DNA from: Kiritimatiellia bacterium
Lineage (GTDB): Bacteria > Verrucomicrobiota > Kiritimatiellia > UBA8416 > JAWODU01
DNA length: 64,000 bases
Reading direction: 5' to 3'
Assembly (NCBI GenBank): GCA_046483125.1
Contig: JAWODU010000119.1
Span: forward strand, 1,584-65,583
The notes beneath the pieces were generated by a model, which was not told the DNA's origin, searched no databases, and was given only the letters and a program-made list of their open reading frames with translations. The translations under genes were made by a program, and so were the position numbers. Positions 9,424 to 19,862 of the stretch are shown here, in pieces. Every line of letters begins with the position of its first letter. Within the stretch, counting starts at the first letter, position 1.

Positions 9424-10732
9424 AAGAATGTCTCCTTTGTGTTTGTCCTCCAACGCCGCACTCTTTATTGAGATCCGCTACTTCCGATACCACCGACCCC
9501 TTCGCCAGGCGTGTCCGCAACTGCTGTCCCTTGCGCAGATTACCGGCGTTTCGAATCACACGCCCTTCGCTGTCCCTTGTAATGCTGTATCCCCTGTCGA
9601 GTACTGCCAGCGGATTCAAGGCTCTCATCTGAGTAGCCAGTCTTTCAAGATCCTGTCTGCAGGATTGTCGTTTGATCCGGATCTCATGAAGGACGCGGAG
9701 GCCTGCGTCGTCCAGTCTCTGCCGGTTTTCGCGGACCTCTACTCCACACTCGCTTCTCATCCTCAATTTCAACTCGTTCAGTTTCTGAACGCATCGCCGG
9801 ACAGCGTTCGACGGTTCGCGAAATACGTAACTGCCCGCAACGGTGCCGAGGCGGCCTTTAAGAACTGCCGCCCGCTGAACGGCCGCTTCCCGCATACGCC
9901 TTCTCTTCTCCGCGAGGAGTTCACTGAGAGCGTCCTTTTTCTCTACAACCAGCTCCGCCGCTGCCGAGGGAGTCGGCACTCTCAGATCGGCCGCGAAATC
10001 GGTTATAGTAAAATCTATTTCATGACCAACGGCCGATATAACCGGGATCGAGGAGTTCGCCACGGCCCTCGCTGCAATTTCTTCATTGAAGCACCATAAA
10101 TCCTCCAGACTGCCTCCGCCGCGGCCGACTATTAAAACGTCCAGGCCTCCCATTTTGTTCAAAGTGTCTATTGCCCCGGCTATTTCGCCGGCCGCGCCTT
10201 CGCCCTGGACCCGTACCGGCGCAAGAATCACGTGAATGTCCGGGAACCTCCGCCCGATTACCTGCAGTATGTCCCGCACCGCCGCCCCCGTCGGAGAGGT
10301 CACTATTCCGACGTGCCGCGGCAGGAGAGGAACAGGTTTTTTCCGCGATGCGGCAAACAATCCCTCGGCGGCCAGTTTCTTTTTCAAAGCCTCGAACCTG
10401 GCATGAAGTGCCCCCTTTCCGCTTTCTTCCATTTCGCGGATTATTATCTGGTGCCTTCCGTTTCTTTCGTAAACGGTAATGTCTCCGAAAGCGCGGACCT
10501 GCAGGCCGTCGGCAAGTTCGAACTTCACCCGCCCCCGGCTGTTCCTGAAAAGCACCGCGCTGAGCTGGGCCGATTCATCTTTTATGGTAAAATAGCAGTG
10601 TCCGGAAGACGGCCTCCGAACGTTCGAAACTTCACCTTCCACCCAAACCGAGCCGATTCCGGACTCCAGAACGGTTCTTATGAAACGTGTCAGCTCTCCG
10701 ACACTGTAGACTTTTCTTTCCCCGGAATTCAC
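9392..10732 (-). CDS. xseA: Exodeoxyribonuclease VII large subunit
   Basis: Has an OB-fold N-terminus (VWVEGEVSNVRRPSSGHCYFTIKD). 446 aa, immediately upstream of xseB. Confidence 0.9.
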   Translation of the reverse strand: MNSGERKVYSVGELTRFIRTVLESGIGSVWVEGEVSNVRRPSSGHCYFTIKDESAQLSAVLFRNSRGRVKFELADGLQVRAFGDITVYERNGRHQIIIREMEESGKGALHARFEALKKKLAAEGLFAASRKKPVPLLPRHVGIVTSPTGAAVRDILQVIGRRFPDIHVILAPVRVQGEGAAGEIAGAIDTLNKMGGLDVLIVGRGGGSLEDLWCFNEEIAARAVANSSIPVISAVGHEIDFTITDFAADLRVPTPSAAAELVVEKKDALSELLAEKRRRMREAAVQRAAVLKGRLGTVAGSYVFREPSNAVRRCVQKLNELKLRMRSECGVEVRENRQRLDDAGLRVLHEIRIKRQSCRQDLERLATQMRALNPLAVLDRGYSITRDSEGRVIRNAGNLRKGQQLRTRLAKGSVVSEVADLNKECGVGGQTQRRHSYGKEKDSGKN

Positions 10733-10735
10733 AGT

Positions 10736-11524
10736 TCACTCCGTCTCGGGAGAGTTTATCCGCAAACGGTTTATTGCCCTCGCCTTCCCGCTGTCTTCGT
10801 CCGCATCCACAATAACTCCCTCAAGTACAGCTTTTCCACGCGCCATTCTGAAACGGGAAGGCATGCCCGTCAGAAATGTTTTTGTCACCAACTCGATGTC
10901 CCTGCCCAATACCGAGTCCGTCACACCCGTCATACCTGCATCCGTGATGTAGGCAGTGCCCCCCGGCAGTACGCGTTCATCGCTTGTCTGCACGTGTGTA
11001 TGAGTGCCCACCACGGCGGTCACCCGTCCGTCCAGGTATCTGCCGATTGCCAGTTTTTCTGAAGTCGCTTCCGCGTGTATATCAACCAGAGTCACATCAG
11101 CGTTGTTTTGCTCCTCTTCCAGAACAGCGTCCGCCGTTCTGAATGGGCAGTCCATGGGCGGCATAAAAACTCTACCCAGCAGATTTATCACCGTTACCCG
11201 GCACGGACCCACGCTCACCGTAACGCGGCCGGTGCCCGGGCAGCCAGGCGGATAATTCGCCGGCCGGACAAGCCGCGGAAGATCGTCCATACGGCTTTCG
11301 ATTTCCTTCTTGTCCCAGGTATGGTCCCCCATGGTAATAACGTCAGCTCCGCCTTCCAGCAATTCGTTGACCAGCGGCCCGGTAATGCCTTTGCCGCCCG
11401 CGGCGTTTTCGCCGTTTACAACGACAAAATCCGCCTTGCCCTGCTCCTTCATAGCCGAAGCAACTTTCCCGAATACAGCCCGCCCCGGAGCCCCCACCAC
11501 GTCACCCGCTATAAGAATCTTCAC
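10736..11524 (-). CDS. ymdB: YmdB-family metallophosphoesterase (2',3'-cyclic-nucleotide phosphodiesterase)
   Basis: MKILIAGDVVGAPGR...VVNGENAAGGKGIT matches TIGR00282-type sequence. It lies immediately downstream of rny, as in Firmicutes. Confidence 0.8.
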   Translation of the reverse strand: MKILIAGDVVGAPGRAVFGKVASAMKEQGKADFVVVNGENAAGGKGITGPLVNELLEGGADVITMGDHTWDKKEIESRMDDLPRLVRPANYPPGCPGTGRVTVSVGPCRVTVINLLGRVFMPPMDCPFRTADAVLEEEQNNADVTLVDIHAEATSEKLAIGRYLDGRVTAVVGTHTHVQTSDERVLPGGTAYITDAGMTGVTDSVLGRDIELVTKTFLTGMPSRFRMARGKAVLEGVIVDADEDSGKARAINRLRINSPETE

Positions 11525-11527
11525 TTT

Positions 11528-13081
11528 TCACCTCGCGTATTCCACGCATCTCGTTTCCCGTAATACTACTACTTTGATCTGCCCCGGATACTGCAGTTCT
11601 TCCTGCATTTTTCTACTGATGTCCCTGGCCAGAACCATCGCCCCGTTATCGTCCACGTTTTCGGGTTCAACAATAACCCGTACTTCGCGTCCCGCCTGTA
11701 TTGCGTAACTCTTTGAAACCCCTTCGAAACTGCCGGCAAGGTTTTCCAGGGCCTCCAGCCGCTTCAGGTATATCTCCGTCGTTTCAGAACGCGCCCCGAC
11801 CCTGGACCCCGATATGGCGTCCGCCGCAGAAGCCAGCACCGCGTAGACGCTCTCGGCCCCCACTTCTTCGTGATGCGCCGCGGCCGCGTTGACCACGACC
11901 TGATCCTCGCCGTGTTTCTTAAGGAAATCCGCGCCTATGGCGGCATGTCCGCCTTCCACGGTATGATCAAGGGCCTTGCCGATATCGTGAAAGAGCCCGA
12001 CCCGTTTGCCCGTGGCCGCGTCCAGGCCGAGTTCCCCCGCCATGACACCGATCAGGTGTGCTACCTCCAGCGAATGCTTTAGAACATTCTGGCTGTAACT
12101 GGTGCGGAACTTCAACCTGCCCAGCATGTGAACCAGTTCCGGATGTACGTCCTGAACGCCGACCTCATATGCCGCCGCTTCTCCGGACGATCTTATGGTT
12201 TCCTCCATTTCTTCAATGTATTTGGATACAACTTCTTCTATCCGGGCCGGGTGTATGCGTCCGTCCGCTACCAGGTTCTCAAGCGACAACCGCGCTATCT
12301 CCCGCCGAACCGGGTCAAAGCCCGAAATTACTACGGCTTCCGGCGTATCATCGATAAGCACGTTCACGCCCGTGGCCGCTTCCAGGGCTCTGATATTGCG
12401 TCCTTCACGCCCGATAATACGGCCTTTCATATCGTCGTCCGGCAAAGCGACGGTACTGGTCATAAGCTCCCCGGCGTGCGATATCGTACAGCGCTGAACG
12501 GCGTTGGCCACGATTTCCTGCGCTTTTTTCTCGGCCGTATCCAGCGCTTCATCCTGCATTCTGCGGATTAAAGCGCCTGTTTCGTTCTGCATTTCTTTTT
12601 CCGTCCGGAGCAGAAGCCGCCTGCGTGCTTCTTCCCGGCTCATTCCAGCTATCTTCTGCAGTCTGTTGAATTCATCTTCAATCAACTGCTTCAGCTTCTT
12701 TCTTTCCTCTCCCAGTTCCAGGTTATGACGTTCGATTTCAGCGGATTTCTCATCGAGTGCCGCTTCCTTCCTGTCCAATACCGAGACTTTGCGGTCAAGA
12801 TTGACCTCACGAGTTGAAATGCGCTCCTCCAATGCCGCGAGTTCTTTTTTTCTGGAAGCCGTTGCCGATTCGAATTCCTCCCTGGCCCGCAGGACCTCGG
12901 CTTTTGCCTGTATCTTCGCTTCCTTCCGTATAGTCTCCGCGTCCCTTTCAGCCTGACGCACCTTCTCCCTGGTCATTTTCTCCGCCGACATACTGCCGTA
13001 ACGCCCGACAAAGAAACGGATAACGTAGCCCGCGACCACCCCGGCAGTTCCGGCTATACCCGCAATAACGCCGCTGTTCAT
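11528..13081 (-). CDS. rny: Ribonuclease Y
   Basis: N-terminal TM, coiled coil, KH domain (GREGRNIRALEAATG) and HD domain (HSLEVAHLIGVMAGELG..FHDIGK) are all present. Confidence 0.9.
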   Translation of the reverse strand: MNSGVIAGIAGTAGVVAGYVIRFFVGRYGSMSAEKMTREKVRQAERDAETIRKEAKIQAKAEVLRAREEFESATASRKKELAALEERISTREVNLDRKVSVLDRKEAALDEKSAEIERHNLELGEERKKLKQLIEDEFNRLQKIAGMSREEARRRLLLRTEKEMQNETGALIRRMQDEALDTAEKKAQEIVANAVQRCTISHAGELMTSTVALPDDDMKGRIIGREGRNIRALEAATGVNVLIDDTPEAVVISGFDPVRREIARLSLENLVADGRIHPARIEEVVSKYIEEMEETIRSSGEAAAYEVGVQDVHPELVHMLGRLKFRTSYSQNVLKHSLEVAHLIGVMAGELGLDAATGKRVGLFHDIGKALDHTVEGGHAAIGADFLKKHGEDQVVVNAAAAHHEEVGAESVYAVLASAADAISGSRVGARSETTEIYLKRLEALENLAGSFEGVSKSYAIQAGREVRVIVEPENVDDNGAMVLARDISRKMQEELQYPGQIKVVVLRETRCVEYAR

Positions 13082-13114
13082 GGCGATTTCTCCTTTCTGT
13101 ACCCCTTACCCCTG

Positions 13115-13744
13115 TCAAAAACCCTTCGCGTACATCACTCTTTTTTCCGTCACCACGGCGTCCAGGCGGATGTCTCTTTTTCCCGCCGGAACCCGTTTCT
13201 CAATCTGAAATTCGAAGCCCAGACCCGCCGCAAAACAGCCGCGAACGCGCCCTTTCCGTTTTCCTGCAATTTCGCCCAGCATACGGTCATAATGACCTCC
13301 GCCCCGTCCAAGCCTGTTCCCGAGGCCGTCAAAAGCAACACCTGGAACCACGACAAAATCCACTTCCTCGAAAGGTTCCAGTTCCCGCACACCGGGTTCA
13401 GGAACACCGAAAGGGCCGGCGATGATCGGCGTCCGTTCGGTCAGGCGCGCGGGACGGTACCGTTCTTCCTCCGCAGCAAAGACAGGCACACATAACTTCT
13501 TACCGGAAGCCCTGCAATGCCCGATGATCGCTTCCGTGCATACTTCTCCGCCGAAGGCCATATAACAAAGAACTGTTTCGGCCGAATTGAATTCCGGAAG
13601 CCCGGCCAGGCGGTCCTGTGCTTTGCGGCTTTCCTCTTCAATCCATTCAGCTTTCAGCTCAGCCCGGCATTTCTTTATTTTTCCGCGAAGATCGGCCTTT
13701 CGGAAATCAATCGACAGGGTTTTGTCGTCTGCGTTCATTTTCAC
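13115..13744 (-). CDS. 5-formyltetrahydrofolate cyclo-ligase
   Basis: VDFVVVPGVAFDGLGNRLGRGGGHYDR motif. 209 aa. Confidence 0.8.
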   Translation of the reverse strand: MKMNADDKTLSIDFRKADLRGKIKKCRAELKAEWIEEESRKAQDRLAGLPEFNSAETVLCYMAFGGEVCTEAIIGHCRASGKKLCVPVFAAEEERYRPARLTERTPIIAGPFGVPEPGVRELEPFEEVDFVVVPGVAFDGLGNRLGRGGGHYDRMLGEIAGKRKGRVRGCFAAGLGFEFQIEKRVPAGKRDIRLDAVVTEKRVMYAKGF

Positions 13745-15060
13745 AGCTTTCTTTGGCGAAGGCGCTTCATTCGTTTCGCGATCACTTCTTCGTACCCGCT
13801 GGGTTTCGGTTCGTAATAGGCTTCTTTTCCCGGCAAATACTCCTGCCGCAGACCGCCCTCTTCATCATCATGCGGATAAACGTACTTCGGGGCGCCCGCG
13901 CCGCCTTCGGCGTCCACGTGTATATTCTTGAGGTGCTCCGGCACCATGGCGCTCCTTCCCTCCCTGACGTCGGAACCGGCTTTCTCTATCGCCGTGTAGG
14001 AAGCGTTGCTTTTAGGGGCGGCCGCAAGATAGGTGACAGCGTGAGCAAGAATGATTCTCGCTTCAGGCATGCCCGTGAACTCCACAGCGTGCATTGCCGA
14101 TACCGCCAGTGTCAAGCCGCGCGGATCGGCATTACCCACGTCTTCCGATGCCAGTATAACCAGACGACGCGCTATGAACCTGGGATCCTCCCCCGCGTAA
14201 AGCATCTTTGCCAGCCAGTAAATCGCGGCGTCCGGGTCGGAGCCCCTGATACTCTTTATAAAGGCCGATATGGTATCGTAGTGACCGTCTTCGTCGTGAT
14301 CATATACCACGGCCTTTTTCTGAATGGACTCCTCGGCGACTTCCCTGCTCAGACGGACCGTTCCGTCCTTTTCCGGCCTGGTCGTAAGCACGGCTATTTC
14401 AAGCGCGTTCAGCGCCCTCCTGGCATCCCCGTCGCATACCCGCGCCAGGTGGTCCAGGGCGGCGTCATCGGCACTGATCTTCCACGATGCGAAGCCTCTC
14501 TCGTCGGACAGGGCCCTGGCGAGGAGTGATCGCACCGCCTTTTCACTCAGCGGATTCAGTTCAAACACAAGCGACCTGGAGAGAAGCGGACTGTTTATGA
14601 AGAAAAGAGGGTTGTGAGTAGTAGCCCCGACAAGCGTTACGGCGCCCTCTTCAACGTGCGGCAACAGGACGTCCTGCTGGGACTTGCTGAACCTGTGCAT
14701 TTCATCAATGAACAGGATAGTTTCTCCGCCGCCTCGCTGTCTGCGGGTCCCGGCCCGTTTGAGAATATCCCGCAGAGCCGCGACACTTGCCGCAGAGCCG
14801 CTGGTGCGTTCGAAACTTCGCTTTGTAACCCCCGCGATAACTTCGGCAATAGATGTCTTGCCGCATCCCGGAGGGCCGTACAGAATTACACTGGTGAGTC
14901 TGTCGGCCTCAACGGCCCTTCTCAACAGCCTGCCCGGGCCCAGAATAGACTCCTGGCCTGCGATTTCGTCGAGAGTCCGGGGGCGCAGTCTGGCCGCAAG
15001 GGGCCGTTTTGCGGAACCCTTCCCCTCCCGCTCCTTTCCAAACAGGTCCATGTCCTGCAT
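13741..15060 (-). CDS. rarA: Replication-associated recombination protein A (AAA ATPase)
   Basis: Walker A ILYGPPGCGKTS and MgsA C-terminal domains are present. Confidence 0.9.
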   Translation of the reverse strand: MQDMDLFGKEREGKGSAKRPLAARLRPRTLDEIAGQESILGPGRLLRRAVEADRLTSVILYGPPGCGKTSIAEVIAGVTKRSFERTSGSAASVAALRDILKRAGTRRQRGGGETILFIDEMHRFSKSQQDVLLPHVEEGAVTLVGATTHNPLFFINSPLLSRSLVFELNPLSEKAVRSLLARALSDERGFASWKISADDAALDHLARVCDGDARRALNALEIAVLTTRPEKDGTVRLSREVAEESIQKKAVVYDHDEDGHYDTISAFIKSIRGSDPDAAIYWLAKMLYAGEDPRFIARRLVILASEDVGNADPRGLTLAVSAMHAVEFTGMPEARIILAHAVTYLAAAPKSNASYTAIEKAGSDVREGRSAMVPEHLKNIHVDAEGGAGAPKYVYPHDDEEGGLRQEYLPGKEAYYEPKPSGYEEVIAKRMKRLRQRKL

Positions 15061-15538
15061 GGCGAAAAAAAATACCCCGCCATGAGTCGTAAAGGCATCT
15101 ATCTCCGTTCCTCTGATAACGAGGTGGGTGCTCTATCCGCCGCTTCATCGGGTCCCCTTACGGGGCTCCTTTCCACGCCGTTTTCAAGCTCCCTTGACTA
15201 CAATAAAGGGTCAGAGATTTTCTGCCTGTCAGCGAACAAGGCAGGGTATTTGTTCCCCATACAAGAGCCTCTTTGAGGCTATTCTCAAAGAACCAGGAAC
15301 ACGCGCGACACCGGTACAGCCGGCGGAATTCAGCACAGCCGCCAAACCCGGCGCCACGGTATTTTGGAATATTCCGGATATAACAAAATTCGCCTTCCCC
15401 GCGTCGTTAAACACAACGGGCGACGAAATCCAATTTCTCAGCCTTGTAATCATAGGGGCGGAAACCCTGTCTTATTCATATTTTTGCGACTTCGGGTGTC
15501 TTTCCGTTTTTCTTAACAGCCGGCTGATACATCGGCCT

Positions 15539-17608
15539 TTATTCTCTTATTTCAGCTTCTAATTCCGTCTCCAAGGCCTTTTTGAGCGCGTCCCTGAATC
15601 CGTTGACGCGTTCATCGGTCAATGTACCCTCCGGAGACCGGAAAACCAGAGAATAGGCAAGACTCTTTTTCCCTCTGCCTATCCCACTGCCTGTATATAT
15701 ATCAAATAGAGTCACGGAAGTCAACTCCGAAGGAGCGTTTTTCCACAGCGTTCTTACAATATCTCCGTGTTTTACGCTCCGGTCGACTATCGCCGCAATA
15801 TCCCGGAAAACCGCCGGATAAGGGCAGACTTTCTCGATACGGGGAGTATTAAATATATTCAGCAACAGCGGTTTCGTGGACATTTCCAGCAAACCCACCG
15901 GTTCGGACAGCCGCCACCGGCCACGGACCCGCGGACTCAGCACTCCCATCCGGCCGCACAGGGAACCGTCAACGGCGATATCAACCTGCGCGGTTTCGGA
16001 CCACGGCGTCCCGTTGCCGGGACGGAATTCCACCCCCCCCGCGCCCTGCACTGAAGCAAGAGATTCAATAATTCCTTTCAGCCGCAGAAACACTTCCCCG
16101 TTCCCTGCCGGACGCCGGCCGCTCCCGGCCGCCTGCCCCGCTTTGCCCGACAAGCCTATGCACAACCTTTCTTCTTCACTGCTGGCGCCGTCGCCGTGCT
16201 TGCGGTAAACCCGGCCCAGTTCAAAGCATGCCGCCTCCGGGGTCTGGCGGGCCGTATTCGCCCCCAGTGTTTCCGCCATCTGGGGAAGGAGCGAAGTGCG
16301 CAATACGTTCTCGCGCCTGTTATTGGGATTTACGGGTCTGATCCGCTTTGCCTCTTCCGGCTCTTCCCCTTCGAAAAGATCGAGTACCTCGTCGGACACA
16401 AAGCTGTAATTGACGATTTCCGCCAGCCCGAGCGCCGTAAGATTGCTCCGTAACGCGAACACGGCCCTCAATCCCGAGTCATCCGCCGACGGAATCACGG
16501 CCGCGCGCGGCCTGTCATCCGGGACTTTATCCAGCCCGTGTATCCTTGCCACCTCTTCAATAAGGTCCGCTTCTCTCTTCAGATCCACCCGGAAAGTCGG
16601 CACTTTCACGGAACAGGAACCAGGTATCCTCTCATCCGGCTTCAATTCAAGTGAACGCAGAATGGAGAGAATGACCTGATCGTCTATTTCCACTCCGAGC
16701 AATCGGCGGACCCTGTCAAAACGACACTCTATTGTTTTTGTCTCAGCCTGAAGACCCGAAACATCCACACAGCCAGGCGCGACCCGGGCTTCCGCAATCT
16801 CTGCAATCAGGAAAGCCGCCCGCCGACTTGCCCATTCAACGATCCCGATATCGGCTCCCCGCTCGAAACGGGCCGAAGATTCAGTCTCAAGCGACAGTTT
16901 CTTAGAGGCAGACCTGATATTCCGGGGGTCGAAATACGCGCTTTCCAGTATTATGCTTTCCGTGGACGGCGATATTTCGCTCTCCGCGCCTCCCATAATG
17001 CCCGCCACCGCCGCCGGCTTCGAGGAATCGGCGATTACCAGAACATCGGGATCCAGTCTCCTTGCCTCGCCGTCCAAAGTTGTAATTGTTTCTCCCTTTC
17101 CCGCGTTGCGAACAACAATACGCTCTTCGGACAGCTTCCGTTTGTCAAAAGCGTGCAACGGGTGCCCGCACTCCATCAGGACGTAGTTTGTCACATCCAC
17201 GACGTTGTTGACCGGATTCATTCCGCATTGAACCAGCCGCTTCCTCAACCATGCGGGACCGGGTCCAACATTAACTCCTCTCAGAATACGCGCCGTGTAC
17301 TTGCCGCATTTGTCCTTATCATGCACTTCAATGTTCGTCAGACTTTCGGCAGGTTCTCCCTCCTCGGCCAAATCCGCCGATGGAAAACGTATTTTCGTGC
17401 CGTAAATAGCGGCGACTTCCCGGGCCACGCCTATGACCCCGAGACAATCCGGCCTGTTGGGAGTAACTTCTATGTCAAACACGGGCTCGGATTCGACGGT
17501 ATCGACACTTTCAACCTCGAGGCCCGCAAAGGTAAGCTTTTCAGCCAGATCCCGGGCCGTGCAATCGAAGTCAACGTATTCTTTCAGCCATTCAAACGGT
17601 ATTTTCAT
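15539..17608 (-). CDS. pheT: Phenylalanine--tRNA ligase beta subunit (short form, no N-terminal OB-fold tRNA-binding domain)
   Basis: MKIPFEWLKEYVDFD start with B3/4, B5 and FDX-ACB domains. 689 aa, versus about 795 in E. coli. Confidence 0.9.
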   Translation of the reverse strand: MKIPFEWLKEYVDFDCTARDLAEKLTFAGLEVESVDTVESEPVFDIEVTPNRPDCLGVIGVAREVAAIYGTKIRFPSADLAEEGEPAESLTNIEVHDKDKCGKYTARILRGVNVGPGPAWLRKRLVQCGMNPVNNVVDVTNYVLMECGHPLHAFDKRKLSEERIVVRNAGKGETITTLDGEARRLDPDVLVIADSSKPAAVAGIMGGAESEISPSTESIILESAYFDPRNIRSASKKLSLETESSARFERGADIGIVEWASRRAAFLIAEIAEARVAPGCVDVSGLQAETKTIECRFDRVRRLLGVEIDDQVILSILRSLELKPDERIPGSCSVKVPTFRVDLKREADLIEEVARIHGLDKVPDDRPRAAVIPSADDSGLRAVFALRSNLTALGLAEIVNYSFVSDEVLDLFEGEEPEEAKRIRPVNPNNRRENVLRTSLLPQMAETLGANTARQTPEAACFELGRVYRKHGDGASSEEERLCIGLSGKAGQAAGSGRRPAGNGEVFLRLKGIIESLASVQGAGGVEFRPGNGTPWSETAQVDIAVDGSLCGRMGVLSPRVRGRWRLSEPVGLLEMSTKPLLLNIFNTPRIEKVCPYPAVFRDIAAIVDRSVKHGDIVRTLWKNAPSELTSVTLFDIYTGSGIGRGKKSLAYSLVFRSPEGTLTDERVNGFRDALKKALETELEAEIRE

Positions 17609-18648
17609 GCCGATTTGTTCCCCGGTCGCGCGAACTGTTTCAGAAACCTCAGATCGTTTTCGTAAAACAGCCTCATATCGTCTATCCCGTATTTGATCAT
17701 GGCAATTCGCTCAACGCCCATTCCAAAAGCATAGCCGCTGACCGATTCAGGATCGTACCCGACGGTTTCAAGCACCGCCGGATTGACCATGCCCGCTCCC
17801 GATATTTCTATCCATCCCTTGTTCTTGCATATTTTACAACCCCTGCCGCCGCAGGCATGGCATGAAAAGTCATACTCCACGCTCGGCTCGGTAAACGGGA
17901 AGAAGTGGGGCCGGAACCGTACCTTGACCTCAGGACCTATCATCCTGCGGGCAAAGTACGTTATATCGCTTTTCAGATCCCGCATGGACACATCCCGGTC
18001 CACGTACAATCCTTCAATCTGATGGAAACAGGCGCTGTGAGTGGCGTCCGCGGTATCCCTGCGATAACACCTCCCCGGCGCGATTACCCTGACTGGCGGT
18101 CGGTTTTTTTCCATAACCCTGATCTGCACGGGTGAAGTCTGGGTCCTGAGCAGTTCACCGGATTCGAGCCAGAAAGTGTCCTGAATGTCCCGCGAAGGAT
18201 GATCCGCGGGCGTGTTGAGCGCGTCAAAATTGTAATACTCCGTCTCTATGTCCGGACCGTCAGCCATCGTGAAACCAAGCAGACTGAAAATGCGGGCCGA
18301 CTCTTCAATTACAAGACTCAGAGGATGCCTGGAACCGATAGAACGCCATGTTCCCGGCAATGTATAGTCGAACGATTGTTCAGGCCCCATGGCCGCGCCC
18401 GCGCTTTCGAAATCGCTTTTGCGCGTTTTCAGAAGATTATTCAACTCGCTTTTCAGCTCGTTTGCCGCGCGCCCTGCTTCCGCCCGCTTGTCGGAAGGCA
18501 CCCGCTTGAGGTCCTTCATCAGACTCTGAACCACGCCCCGGCGACTCAGGTATTTGATCCTTACCGCTTCAAGTTCCTTCAACGATGCCGCCCCGCGGCA
18601 TTCAGAGAGGGCCTGGTCTTTAATCGCGCTGATGTCGGAAGGGTTCAT
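17605..18648 (-). CDS. pheS: Phenylalanine--tRNA ligase alpha subunit
   Basis: Class II aaRS motifs are present. It overlaps pheT by 4 nt. Confidence 0.9.
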   Translation of the reverse strand: MNPSDISAIKDQALSECRGAASLKELEAVRIKYLSRRGVVQSLMKDLKRVPSDKRAEAGRAANELKSELNNLLKTRKSDFESAGAAMGPEQSFDYTLPGTWRSIGSRHPLSLVIEESARIFSLLGFTMADGPDIETEYYNFDALNTPADHPSRDIQDTFWLESGELLRTQTSPVQIRVMEKNRPPVRVIAPGRCYRRDTADATHSACFHQIEGLYVDRDVSMRDLKSDITYFARRMIGPEVKVRFRPHFFPFTEPSVEYDFSCHACGGRGCKICKNKGWIEISGAGMVNPAVLETVGYDPESVSGYAFGMGVERIAMIKYGIDDMRLFYENDLRFLKQFARPGNKSA

Positions 18649-18696
18649 GTCACGCGTCCGGGAAACGAAAAGGACACATTGAGCGGCCCATTACGG

Positions 18697-19053
18697 TTAA
18701 GACAGAGACGCCTTAGCCAGCGCCGCAACCTGCTCAAAGCCGTCCGGGTTGTGAATGGCTATTTCAGAAAGCATCTTTCTGTTTAAAGCCACGTTGGCCT
18801 TTGCCAAACCTTCAGTCAACCGGCTGTATGAAATGCCGTTTGCCCGGGCGGCCGCTGAAATCCTGGCTATCCAGAGCCGCCTGTAGTCGCGTTTTCTGTG
18901 CCGGCGATGAATGGTTGAAAGCCACATTGCCCGGTCTACAGCTTCTGTGGCCGTTCTGAAAAGCTTACTCCGCGCGCCCCGGAACCCCGAGGCCCGCTTC
19001 AGACGGCGTTTATGTCTGCGGCGTGACGCTGGTGCATTTGTAACTCTCGACAT
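18697..19053 (-). CDS. rplT: 50S ribosomal protein L20
   Basis: Full-length L20 match. Confidence 0.95.
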   Translation of the reverse strand: MSRVTNAPASRRRHKRRLKRASGFRGARSKLFRTATEAVDRAMWLSTIHRRHRKRDYRRLWIARISAAARANGISYSRLTEGLAKANVALNRKMLSEIAIHNPDGFEQVAALAKASLS

Positions 19054-19073
19054 CCGTCCCTCCAGTCCGCCTT

Positions 19074-19262
19074 CTAAAACAACTCTCTCACGCGCGCTTC
19101 TTCCACGCTGTCGAGAATGCCGGCGGCTCTCAAACGACGCTTGCGCTTTCTGGTCTTGCTCCCCATGAGGTGCCCCCCGCCGGCCTTCGCGTACTTCACC
19201 TTTCCGCCGGAAGTCTTCTTCAGCCGTTTCGCCGCCGCTTTTCTGGTTTTCTTCTTAGGCAT
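19074..19262 (-). CDS. rpmI: 50S ribosomal protein L35
   Basis: MPKKKTRKAAAKRLKKTSGGKVKYAKAGGGHL, 62 aa. Confidence 0.95.
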   Translation of the reverse strand: MPKKKTRKAAAKRLKKTSGGKVKYAKAGGGHLMGSKTRKRKRRLRAAGILDSVEEARVRELF

Positions 19263-19337
19263 GTGTACAACCTACGGATTCGCCTGCCCGCCGTCAAGAC
19301 GGGAAATAGAGTAAAAAAACCAGGCGTCGATACTCTC

Positions 19338-19862
19338 CTACTTCTTCTTTTTCCCGCTCTGCCCCGTTATCACCGCCACAAGGCTCCTGCCGGCCATTCT
19401 CGGGGCCATGTTTACCGTACACATCCCCTCACAATCAGCCAGGACCCTGTTCACCAGTTTGAAGCCCAGGTCCCGGTGGGCGTGTTCCCTGCCCCTGAAC
19501 GTCAGAGTGATTTTTACTTTATGCCCTTTCTGCAGAAACTCCTTAACGTGGTTCAGTTTTGTCTGGTAATCGTTTTCGGCCACGTTCGGGTGAAATTTAA
19601 CTTCTTTTACCGTCTGGGCATGCTGGTGCTTGCGCGTCTGCCGCTTTTTGCGGCTTTCGTCGTACCTGTACTTGCCAAAGTCCATTATCCTGCACACCGG
19701 CGGATCCGCCTTCGGAGAGATCTCCACCAGGTCCAGACCGTATTCCCGCGCAAGTTTGCGGGCATCGTCTGTAGCCATTACACCTGCCATCGAACCGTCC
19801 GGTTTCACACAACGAACTTTCGGTACTCTGATCTTAAGATTTGTCCTGACAAACGAACGAAT
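19338..19862 (-). CDS. infC: Translation initiation factor IF-3, initiating at AUU
   Basis: The ORF track starts at an internal GTG (19808). Extending the frame gives IRSFVRTNLKIRVPKVRCVKPDG, which matches the IF-3 N-terminus (INxEIR..VRLI..DG). The ATT at 19862..19860 is preceded by AGGAGG with a 6 nt spacer. AUU initiation of infC is classic. Confidence 0.85.
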   Translation of the reverse strand: MRSFVRTNLKIRVPKVRCVKPDGSMAGVMATDDARKLAREYGLDLVEISPKADPPVCRIMDFGKYRYDESRKKRQTRKHQHAQTVKEVKFHPNVAENDYQTKLNHVKEFLQKGHKVKITLTFRGREHAHRDLGFKLVNRVLADCEGMCTVNMAPRMAGRSLVAVITGQSGKKKK

